From a virus (lineage: Duplodnaviria > Caudoviricetes), in the IMG/VR virus record IMGVR_UViG_3300013133_000005, positions 1 to 60,369 of that record: a stretch of 60,369 nt of DNA. One strand, 5' to 3'. A model generated the notes under the pieces. That model had not been told where the DNA came from, made no database searches, and was given only the letters and a program-made list of their open reading frames with translations. The number at the start of each line of letters is the position of its first letter. Within the stretch, counting starts at the first letter, position 1. Of the stretch, positions 47,088 to 55,157 are shown piece by piece. Made by a program: the position numbers and the translations under genes.

Positions 47088-49283
47088 ATGCTCAGCCTGC
47101 AGAGCGCAGTTATTGAAAAGCCAACATTTGAGAAGGTCGCCTCGTTCGACCTTTCTCACGATTCGATGCAGTGGAACGAAGAGATCATGAAGCAGTTCTT
47201 CGAGCAGGTGAACTACCTGCCGAAGGAGCTTGGCACGGAAGTGGTCATCAACTCGATGGAGCCGAACGAGGGCTACGCAAAGGGCAGCATCGTTGTCTGG
47301 TTCAACAACAAGAAAATCAACTTCCCGATCATCATCAGGGACTTCAAACTGTCGCCGTTCGATGTGTTCATCTATGACAACGGCAACGAAATCGAATACT
47401 TCCCAGCGAATCTGAAGAATGTCAGAGCGATCCTGTTCTCAGAGAAGATGGCTACTCTACAGAACCGGTACGACAACATGATGCCGCAGGATCTGAAGGT
47501 TCCAGGGACGATTGCTCCGAAGGTGTCAGTTCCGATATACGATCTGCCGGAGGGCGCTCTTGAGCCTCCGTTCTCAAAGATGTCGTCACTGATCTCCAGG
47601 GTGAAGCCGAGAAAGACCGACATCGAGAAGCTTGCATCTGACGTTCAGGCCATGCCCAGCGTGGCTCAGAACTTCGTGGATAATACTGGTGATCTGATCA
47701 CCAACATCATCCGCCTGAAGGACAACGACAAGTACGTGACGCTTGATCAGCAGAAGCAGGGCCCAATCAACCTCAATGGCGTTGTTGACGCCAAGCGCGC
47801 AGTGACAGTTCTTGATTCTGAATTCATCGATCCAAATCGGCTCGTCCCGGTCAGGCCACCATCAGTATGTGAGCTTCGGATTGCGACATTCCCGACCATG
47901 GAAGACTTCATCGAAAGTGGAGAGACCATCTCTGAGCGCTACGTGGCGTCGAAGGTTGGTAAGCCAATTCTCGGGGTGGTCCTTGATGCGAAGCGGAGCA
48001 GTGATTGTTGTGAACCGGTTGAAGCTGATTACACAAGAGATTCCAATGGCAACAAGATTCCTAGAAAGCCTCGCAGAGACCAGATTTTTCTGTCCCTGTG
48101 CGGCAAGTGCTACTCTCGCCATGACGATTGGGACAGAACCAACATCGGATTCTACGCATCAAATATCAGCCAGGTTCCAGGGGCTGTCGAAAAGGCCATC
48201 AACGCGATTGCTGCGAATGCAAAGCCGTTCATGGCATCGATTGATTGGGCGAATCGCGGAGACGGGTCAGACAAGTTGTTCAACCCGGTTCCGGAAAAGA
48301 ACGAAGGCAAGACGGCAGACGGATACTACAACCAGATGAACCCGCGTTCGTCAGACTACTATGACAATGGAGTGCTGGTCATATACGGCGCCGGAGACGC
48401 GTGGGAGTGTGTTGAGTTCCGTGGCGAATTCCGCAAACTGAGAATCAATGACACTGAGGCGTATCGTTCCAAGAAAACCGTTTTGATCCCGGCCAAGATA
48501 GGGTCTGTTCAGGCCGTCTCTGGTGTAATCGATCCTGTTTACAAGATGGTTATCGGCGACGCCAAGGAAGTCTTCCTGATCCCCGAAACAACCATTATTC
48601 TCAGTGTTGGAGAAATGAACAGCATCAACAAGAACGACTTCATATCTCCAAACACTGACATCAAGAAGATCTACGAAGAAGCCGGAATCCCCAAAATCGC
48701 AGTTGCGTTTGATGGCAATGGCTTCAAGATTTCTGGTGAAGCATATGATCCAATCAGGACCGTGACCGGTATTGAAAAGGATGCGTCGCTCACATCGATT
48801 CAGGCCAAGGGGGCCCTCGGCACGATGGGAATGTCAAATGCCAAGGCCAACCAGGCACTTCTTGAAGCGGCGTATCGCTTTACAAAGCATGCCAGTGCGC
48901 CCGTTCTTGTTTATGGTGTTCGCGGCGATTACATTACCACGGACTCGCTGGTCCTCCGCGACAAGCAGGTGCAGTTCAGGGGATTGCTCAAAGAGGCGTC
49001 GATGAAGCTCCGTCACGACCTTGTCAAAGAGGCCAGTGCAATTGATGACCCAGAAGCGGTTGATGTGGTCCTCTCCCTCAATTTCATCAACGAGGACAAC
49101 CTTGGTGACTACATCGACAACATCGGCAGCATGAAGAAGACAATATCGAAGCTTGCGAGCATGTTGGTTGCCTCGCGGATGGGTCTGTCCGAGTTGAATG
49201 AAGGGGCTGTCAAAAAGGCCATGGATGGACTTGATACGGTTGTCACTGGCCTGGAGAATATCAAAATAGCCATAGGCAAGTAA
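47088..49283 (+). CDS. large putative virion/head protein
   Basis: 731 aa, many K-x-A-S motifs, C-terminal VDVVLSLNFINEDN. Confidence 0.55.
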   Translation: MLSLQSAVIEKPTFEKVASFDLSHDSMQWNEEIMKQFFEQVNYLPKELGTEVVINSMEPNEGYAKGSIVVWFNNKKINFPIIIRDFKLSPFDVFIYDNGNEIEYFPANLKNVRAILFSEKMATLQNRYDNMMPQDLKVPGTIAPKVSVPIYDLPEGALEPPFSKMSSLISRVKPRKTDIEKLASDVQAMPSVAQNFVDNTGDLITNIIRLKDNDKYVTLDQQKQGPINLNGVVDAKRAVTVLDSEFIDPNRLVPVRPPSVCELRIATFPTMEDFIESGETISERYVASKVGKPILGVVLDAKRSSDCCEPVEADYTRDSNGNKIPRKPRRDQIFLSLCGKCYSRHDDWDRTNIGFYASNISQVPGAVEKAINAIAANAKPFMASIDWANRGDGSDKLFNPVPEKNEGKTADGYYNQMNPRSSDYYDNGVLVIYGAGDAWECVEFRGEFRKLRINDTEAYRSKKTVLIPAKIGSVQAVSGVIDPVYKMVIGDAKEVFLIPETTIILSVGEMNSINKNDFISPNTDIKKIYEEAGIPKIAVAFDGNGFKISGEAYDPIRTVTGIEKDASLTSIQAKGALGTMGMSNAKANQALLEAAYRFTKHASAPVLVYGVRGDYITTDSLVLRDKQVQFRGLLKEASMKLRHDLVKEASAIDDPEAVDVVLSLNFINEDNLGDYIDNIGSMKKTISKLASMLVASRMGLSELNEGAVKKAMDGLDTVVTGLENIKIAIGK

Positions 49284-49633
49284 TGAATCTCAAATTGCCG
49301 AAATCAAGCCTGGGATCGTTTTCGTTGGGAGTCAAGACGAGAACGATCCCAAACCTTTCTGGAAGCAAGTCGCTGAGATCATCAGCGTCATTCAAGCTTC
49401 CAAAGCTCGATAGCGACGTCGCCCTGTCTGGCAACTATCGCAGAGCAATTGAACGCTCGTCAGTTCCAGTAAAGATACGAACTGAAGTTGTGAAATCAAC
49501 CGATGCAATCTATATGGGCGGAAATACCAAAGGGCAGTTTGCAGCCGCAGTCAATGCATCCAACAAAGCCATGAAGAATCTTCTGACGTCAAGGCAACAG
49601 AGACACTACTTCCCCAAAGGGAGGGTACGATGA
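49283..49633 (+). CDS. small basic hypothetical protein
   Basis: 116 aa, overlapping stop/start on both sides. Confidence 0.55.
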   Translation: MNLKLPKSSLGSFSLGVKTRTIPNLSGSKSLRSSASFKLPKLDSDVALSGNYRRAIERSSVPVKIRTEVVKSTDAIYMGGNTKGQFAAAVNASNKAMKNLLTSRQQRHYFPKGRVR

Positions 49634-50583
49634 AGCTTATAGTTCAAGTCGATGGTGGAGACAGCAAGGGCATCATTCCTGCGTTCTTGTTCAATTGGAT
49701 TGAGCAGAAGACCGGGCACTCGATGAACAAGCGTGTAAGTATGTACTCTGGTGCCTCGACCGGAGCCGTCATCACCGGCGCCAAGGCGATCGGGTTGACC
49801 GGCGAGCGCATCTATACGTCCTACACGACCGATGTGATCAACTGGTTCAAGAAGGACAGGAAGCATTGGTACAATCCAGTCAGCTGGTTCCGGCCGGCGT
49901 TTGACCGCAAGGACTTCTACCGTGGCTTGGAACAGGCCATTGGAACCGGTCTGATGAAAGCAGTTGAGGTCCCGTGTGTGTCGGTGGCGATGGGCCTGTG
50001 TAAAGGCGGAAGCCACTTCATCAAGTCGTGGGATACCGCCGATGGCAACCGCAAGCTTATCGACACCATCAGTTGGTCTGCTCTTTCTGCTGCCTGGTAT
50101 TTCGGCGGCATATCGGTTGCTGACTACAAGTGGTCGTATCGAGATGTTGAGACTGACGAAGTCAAGGACAGAGTCGGTGAGGTGTTTCAGGATGGCGGAC
50201 AGGGCGTCAATTGCTGCACCGCCATGTTTGATCTTATCGAGTCGGTCGCCAAGGGTTGGGAGAAAGAAGAAGTGCACATTGTGTCTTTTGGATGCGGCGC
50301 ACCAAAACCAAAGGATGCATACAAGTCGCTGAAAGAAGCAGAGCGCATGTCGTACCTGCGCGAAACCTTCCAGTTCATCGGACAGGCTCGTGAGGAATCG
50401 ATACCGCTTCAGGTCGGCGCTTGCGAATACGTGTCGGCATCACGCAAAGACATCAAGTTCCACCGCATTGATTGCACGCTTCCAAAGGCCGCCCAGAAGT
50501 TCGGCGATATTGAGCACAAAGACCTGTTCATTGAGAAGGCCAAGGCGCTCACGGCACGCATTCCGCTTGAGCTGTTCCAATAG
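49630..50583 (+). CDS. patatin-like phospholipase
   Basis: DGGDSKG oxyanion loop, GASTG nucleophile, FQDGG. Confidence 0.85.
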   Translation: MKLIVQVDGGDSKGIIPAFLFNWIEQKTGHSMNKRVSMYSGASTGAVITGAKAIGLTGERIYTSYTTDVINWFKKDRKHWYNPVSWFRPAFDRKDFYRGLEQAIGTGLMKAVEVPCVSVAMGLCKGGSHFIKSWDTADGNRKLIDTISWSALSAAWYFGGISVADYKWSYRDVETDEVKDRVGEVFQDGGQGVNCCTAMFDLIESVAKGWEKEEVHIVSFGCGAPKPKDAYKSLKEAERMSYLRETFQFIGQAREESIPLQVGACEYVSASRKDIKFHRIDCTLPKAAQKFGDIEHKDLFIEKAKALTARIPLELFQ

Positions 50584-50615
50584 GTAAAAAAATCCCAGCA
50601 ATTGCTTGCTGGGAT
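50583..50615 (-). terminator. intrinsic terminator of the RT operon
   Basis: ATCCCAGCA-N6-TGCTGGGAT stem followed by a T-tract and ACC on -. Confidence 0.75.
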
Positions 50616-50619
50616 CCAC

Positions 50620-50839
50620 TAGATTGAAACTGAACCTGTCTGGAGTCGGGGCAGGCAGGTTCAGACCTGACTGACCCGGAAACCGCTTGCGATCACATCG
50701 AGCGCAAGCGGTTGGTCCAGGCAGGAGATTGAGTCAAACCAGCGAACGAAAATCACCCGTGAACTGGTGCCCAGCGACTACATGTCACCCACGATGTTAC
50801 ATCGTGGCCGAGAGCATTCGACACTCCCCTTTCAATCTA
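50620..50839 (-). ncRNA. retron-like msr-msd RNA
   Basis: 10-bp terminal inverted repeats TAGATTGAAA/TTTCAATCTA, G-run after the 5' arm, two short stem-loops, then long hairpins. Confidence 0.65.
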
Positions 50840-50849
50840 TTTGGTTTTC

Positions 50850-51152
50850 TTACATATCTTTGATCAGGCGACGGACAGATGGCGCTACCGCCTTGACGAG
50901 ATTGGCGGAAGCGTCCACTATCCGGTCGAACTCCTGTGCTTCAGAGTCGGATTGAGTTGCTTGTTGCCGTGTAGATACCTTGCGAGAGTCCGTACGGCGT
51001 GCCGTACGTCGGGTATTCCGGCGGCGCTTCGTAGAAGGCCTGCGGCCTTGTGAATTCTCTGAAGACACTTGATTCGATGGCAGACCCGCCCCATTCGATG
51101 TCGTGAGAATAGCTTCCGCAGACCGTCTGATCTCCGGTACAGGCTGATCCAT
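50850..51152 (-). CDS. small Arg-rich protein in the RT operon
   Basis: SD GAAGGAG; RRPSTKRRRNTRRTARR; overlaps the 3' tail of the RNase H-like ORF. Confidence 0.6.
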   Translation of the reverse strand: MDQPVPEIRRSAEAILTTSNGAGLPSNQVSSENSQGRRPSTKRRRNTRRTARRTDSRKVSTRQQATQSDSEAQEFDRIVDASANLVKAVAPSVRRLIKDM

Positions 51153-51615
51153 GAATAGCTCCTTCTGAAATATGGGATATATCAAATAAAGATAAAGACA
51201 AACAGCCATTGTACCACACATTGAAAGAGCCTATCAGCCCCAATTCGTCAAATATTACTGCCCACAAATCTCTATTGATGACTGGTTTGCCATTGTGTTT
51301 CACCCACCTGTTTGTGACCCATCGGCGAAGGTCTTCACCAATATGATCAAACACATACTTTGATGATGTGTATACTTGAAAATTGCATGGTTCAGACTCA
51401 GAAAAGAATCCATGCGATTCGAATTCTCGTTTGTTCATGGTATACCACCGGATTGATTCAAGGATGGCGATCAACTCGGTTCTGTTGATAGACCAGTTAT
51501 ATTCGAAAGCTCGCCCATTGATCACTCCTCTGATTCCACGCCAATCAGCTGAAATACCAACATGAAACTGAGATGGATATTCGCGGCTGGTTGTAATTGT
51601 GGCCACTACATTCAT
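50941..51615 (-). CDS. RNase HI-like protein, probably catalytically inactive
   Basis: NRTELIAILESI, YTSSKYV, WVTNRWVKHNGKPVINRDLW; first Asp and TDS Asp absent. Confidence 0.7.
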   Translation of the reverse strand: MNVVATITTSREYPSQFHVGISADWRGIRGVINGRAFEYNWSINRTELIAILESIRWYTMNKREFESHGFFSESEPCNFQVYTSSKYVFDHIGEDLRRWVTNRWVKHNGKPVINRDLWAVIFDELGLIGSFNVWYNGCLSLSLFDISHISEGAIHGSACTGDQTVCGSYSHDIEWGGSAIESSVFREFTRPQAFYEAPPEYPTYGTPYGLSQGIYTATSNSIRL

Positions 51616-51630
51616 TGTATTGCCCCCTTG

Positions 51631-51720
51631 TGAGTACAGACAAAAATCGACTGTCGGAGACTGTATTGTCCAAATAACGCCTCAATGGTGATGCACCATT
51701 GATGTAGTTCTCTGTACTCA
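51631..51720 (-). ncRNA. short inverted-repeat-closed structured RNA right after the RT
   Basis: TGAGTACAGA/TCTGTACTCA termini; internal TCAATGGTG-ATG-CACCATTGA hairpin. Confidence 0.4.
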
Positions 51721-52782
51721 TATTGCTACTCTGGATTTTTCGAACTCGCGAAGCTTATTCATGTACTTCTCACCTTTTGGTCTGTCGATTGACATCACAA
51801 AAGATGTTATACCCTTCAGGTGTCGAATATCTTTTTTCGTGGTCTGACCGGGTTGCATAACGGTTGCCCTGTGGATCTGACCTCTGAGCGTATTGACGAG
51901 CTGTCGCGTCGGTGATAGTTTTTGATTGATGACCACCCCGCACAATCTCATTCGTCTCGCTCTTGTCACAAAGCTGATCTTCTTGTTGTTGACTCTGAAT
52001 TGGAAGGCCCACAAAAGACGCCTTGCCTTCGGTAGTACCAATGCTTTCAATTGGTCTCTTGTTAATGTGCTGCTGCTGAACGCAAGGTCGTCGGCATACC
52101 TTGTGTACACAATACCATGTTCCTTGCAGAATGCCGCCAGACGAAGATCGACGCCACGCATGACGATATTGGCCAGGACCGGGGACGTCGGAAATCCCTG
52201 CGCTGTAAACCCGTCCAATGTGCATAGTTCAATCATTGTCTTGATGAGCGGCTGATATCCGCGCCGTTCGCAATACGTCGGTATGAATACCGCCTTCATT
52301 TCCTCGCATCCGAATTCGTACTTCTTCTTCTTGTTGGCATACAGGGACGGATGGCATTTGCCATCAAGCATTCGCTCGTGATACTTGCATCGTCGGCACA
52401 GACCTCTGTTCCCGAACAAACAGTTCTTCAAATGGTCTGCCGAAATAGTATCAAAGAAGCTCTTGATGTCAATCTTTCCAAGAACCGTGGCGCCAACATG
52501 GGGAGATGCATTGGACTTGATGTTCCGTCTTGCGATAAACCCATGAGCATAATCAGTTGGCTTGTACTGCTTGAAAACATAGTAGTAGAGACGCCTTTGA
52601 AGAAACTTGAGTTTTTCATCAGGCGCGGTAATCCTGCGCTTTGATCCGTCCTTCTTTGGTATCTCAATTCTACGGATATGAGATTTGATGTTTTTTATCA
52701 GCTCCAACACTTCGGAGAATGGCATTCCGAAGATTTCCCCCAAGTTGAAATTGGAGTTACTCTGAACTTGCTGGTCCGCCAT
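51718..52782 (-). CDS. retron-type reverse transcriptase
   Basis: IPKKDG..RRITAP, AHGF, NASPH (NAxxH), DIKSFF, QGFPTSP, YTRYADD, LCG in place of VTG; start MADQQ with SD GGAG. Confidence 0.92.
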   Translation of the reverse strand: MADQQVQSNSNFNLGEIFGMPFSEVLELIKNIKSHIRRIEIPKKDGSKRRITAPDEKLKFLQRRLYYYVFKQYKPTDYAHGFIARRNIKSNASPHVGATVLGKIDIKSFFDTISADHLKNCLFGNRGLCRRCKYHERMLDGKCHPSLYANKKKKYEFGCEEMKAVFIPTYCERRGYQPLIKTMIELCTLDGFTAQGFPTSPVLANIVMRGVDLRLAAFCKEHGIVYTRYADDLAFSSSTLTRDQLKALVLPKARRLLWAFQFRVNNKKISFVTRARRMRLCGVVINQKLSPTRQLVNTLRGQIHRATVMQPGQTTKKDIRHLKGITSFVMSIDRPKGEKYMNKLREFEKSRVAI

Positions 52783-53893
52783 CTGGCATTTCTCCATTCG
52801 TGGGCTTTGGTTGAATACCGATTGACTTATCCCCATCGAAGGCAGACGCAACCCTGCGAGCCTCATCAATCGTCTTGACCGCTCCGGTCTTCACAAGATC
52901 AATTGCTCTTGCCTCGACACTGTCGGATTGATCGACACCGTACTTCTCCATTGACTCCTCCGAACCATTGAATAGTTCATCGAAATATTCGAGTACCGCA
53001 TCGGCATCCGCAAGCTTGATCGTGCCAGCACCAACATTGTAATGGCCGCCGCCTGTGATGAACATCTTACAGTTGCGAATCGACTCACCAATGTTGATCT
53101 TGCTTCCTTCCCTCAGCCACCTGTTGTACCCGATCTGTATGTACAAAACACCGTTTCCGGCAGTTGATGACCTGATGAAATACTTGATCTTCGGGTATAC
53201 ATAGAACTCAGCATACCTTGGGAATTGATTGGGTCTTCGCTGTTCCAAATATGAGAACGAGCGCATCAACACTACAGATTTTTCACATTTGTGGGCGTCT
53301 TCTCTGGCTTTTGTAATGCCTTCATCTCCAATTCCGAGTTGTGCATTGCATCTTCTCAAATCAAAATGGCATGAAGCCATCATTTCGACGATACGATTGA
53401 GCATCATGGCAGATGGATACGATTGCTCAATGTATGTGCGTACAGCCATCAGCGGATGCGTGTCGTAAAAAATCTGATCAACACTCTTGTAGTCGGCAGC
53501 GTCTATCATATCCGCCATGTGCAGAAATCCGGCGGGATAGTTCCTATACCGACTGGGGATTGCATGAACCAATCTTGCAGCAGACTTGCTTTTGGGATCA
53601 TACAACATGCTCTCATTGGATACTACGCACTCGCCAAACCTTGGAGTAAAGTGATGATCTACCCAGAGGTCGGCCTTCTCGTGCCACTCGAAATCAAGAA
53701 CAGCGACATAGTTTTGATCATCATACCCATTTGCATCAGCCTTCAAAGAATCAACCATTTTTGAGAAGGCTACACCGCGCGTTGTCGACGGAAGCGGGTA
53801 TAGCCGATACGTCTCTCCCCTTGCGTGATTGTGTAAAAAAATTGCTGCTGAAACGATGCCGTCTACATCGTGGTGGTACACGATGTGCTTCAT
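52757..53893 (-). CDS. DHH/DHHA1 phosphoesterase
   Basis: YHHDVDG, VLDF, VDHH, SAA, GGGH; SD AGGAGG. Confidence 0.85.
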   Translation of the reverse strand: MKHIVYHHDVDGIVSAAIFLHNHARGETYRLYPLPSTTRGVAFSKMVDSLKADANGYDDQNYVAVLDFEWHEKADLWVDHHFTPRFGECVVSNESMLYDPKSKSAARLVHAIPSRYRNYPAGFLHMADMIDAADYKSVDQIFYDTHPLMAVRTYIEQSYPSAMMLNRIVEMMASCHFDLRRCNAQLGIGDEGITKAREDAHKCEKSVVLMRSFSYLEQRRPNQFPRYAEFYVYPKIKYFIRSSTAGNGVLYIQIGYNRWLREGSKINIGESIRNCKMFITGGGHYNVGAGTIKLADADAVLEYFDELFNGSEESMEKYGVDQSDSVEARAIDLVKTGAVKTIDEARRVASAFDGDKSIGIQPKPTNGEMPDGGPASSE

Positions 53894-53933
53894 GCCACCT
53901 CCTGCCATTAGATGGTGAGCGAAACAATCTGTC

Positions 53934-53954
53934 TATAATTGTTATTGCAGAAAG
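53934..53954 (-). promoter_or_regulatory. recurrent 21-bp motif copy heading the DHH-RT operon
   Basis: CTTTCTGCAATAACAATTATA. Confidence 0.5.
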
Positions 53955-53973
53955 AGGGTCGAAATAACGACCG

Positions 53974-54285
53974 CTATTGATTTCTCAGGTGGGAGTCCAG
54001 CAGGCGCCGGTCCTGGATATCCGATAGTCTTGAGTCTCTTGTGGTAATGGATTGGATGGTGTCCATATCCTTACCGCTTGGAGTGTACTGCTGAAGATCC
54101 CGGTTCTTATGAAACTTCGACATGGTCGAATTGGGATCGTAACGCCGCGTGTAGCTGTGAAAGGTTGGAGATTCATCAAGACCGTCTGGCTGATCAATAC
54201 TGTCAGAGTATGAAGAAAGGCCAGCAAGGCCTTGCCCCATCGATTCGGCACACTTCAGCATTCCACGCAGTATTGATATGTTCAT
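53974..54285 (-). CDS. hypothetical protein
   Basis: Likely start MNISILRGMLKCAES. Confidence 0.5.
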   Translation of the reverse strand: MNISILRGMLKCAESMGQGLAGLSSYSDSIDQPDGLDESPTFHSYTRRYDPNSTMSKFHKNRDLQQYTPSGKDMDTIQSITTRDSRLSDIQDRRLLDSHLRNQ

Positions 54286-54340
54286 ACAAATACGGCCCGG
54301 CTGTTTCCAGCCGGGCCGAAAGATTCGACAGTGCGAATCG

Positions 54341-55042
54341 TTAGTCCTTCTTCTTCTTGCCGCCAGAAAGCGCCAGTCCGGCGCCGCCAAGCCCAAGGCC
54401 ACCGAGAGCAAGCACTGGGGACGCTTTCATGGCATTGTTCAGCATCTCTGAACGAGCATTCGAAGCCATCATCCGACCAAGCGCGGAGTTCCTTGCCGGG
54501 CCAGATGCGCGCATAGCCTTGACTTGCCGAATAATCGACCCGGGAAGATCTCTGGTTGCCGCAAGAGACTCTCCCACGCGCACCTTTGCGCTAGCCAGAA
54601 GTTTCTTGATTGCCGCAACACTCTTGGCGCTGCCACCGGCAGCGATCTTGCTCAGCTCGTCCTCAAACGCCGCCCCCTTGATCTGATCCAAATACGCAAC
54701 CTTGTTCATGACACACTCCTTGTGTTGGATTGTTTGCTCTTGCAGTACTGATTCAGTCTTGTTCAAAGATGATGTTTTTCTCATGGCCGCAGCGTCTCGC
54801 AGGCCGGCCATGTACGCATGTTGCGCAAGAGCCTGGTTCTCAATCTTGTTGAATTTCCCAAACTCCGTTGCCAACGACATAGCCGTACGCTTAGCGCCCT
54901 TCTTCTTACCAATCCTATGGCCAACGGCACCGCCGACGATGCTGCCAGCAGCGACGCCGGCAGCAGAACTTATCAGAGGGGTCTTTATTTTCTTTGCAAG
55001 CTCCCGCAACTTAGCCATATCTGGCTTGAGATTCATGAGCAT
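54341..55042 (-). CDS. putative virion-internal protein
   Basis: AFEDELSKIAAG motif, Gly/Ala-rich hydrophobic segments. Confidence 0.6.
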   Translation of the reverse strand: MLMNLKPDMAKLRELAKKIKTPLISSAAGVAAGSIVGGAVGHRIGKKKGAKRTAMSLATEFGKFNKIENQALAQHAYMAGLRDAAAMRKTSSLNKTESVLQEQTIQHKECVMNKVAYLDQIKGAAFEDELSKIAAGGSAKSVAAIKKLLASAKVRVGESLAATRDLPGSIIRQVKAMRASGPARNSALGRMMASNARSEMLNNAMKASPVLALGGLGLGGAGLALSGGKKKKD

Positions 55043-55071
55043 TCTCCTTGATAATTCCTCGTTACGACAAT

Positions 55072-55100
55072 AATATAGTTATGGTAAGGGGTGAATGCAA
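55072..55100 (-). promoter_or_regulatory. sigma70-like promoter
   Basis: TTGCAT-N17-TATATT. Confidence 0.5.
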
Positions 55101-55157
55101 GCTAAGGGTGGAGCATGACACAAAATGTAGTATATTTTGTAATGTAGGAGCATACCT

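Noticed and set aside
50583-51720. Tandem repeat array next to the RT
   Set aside because: Only inverted repeats were found; no regularly spaced direct repeats are visible
50583-53954. RT as part of a DGR, group II intron or CRISPR-RT
   Set aside because: No TR/VR pair, Avd, maturase/endonuclease domain or Cas1 seen; NAxxH motif and size fit a retron-type RT
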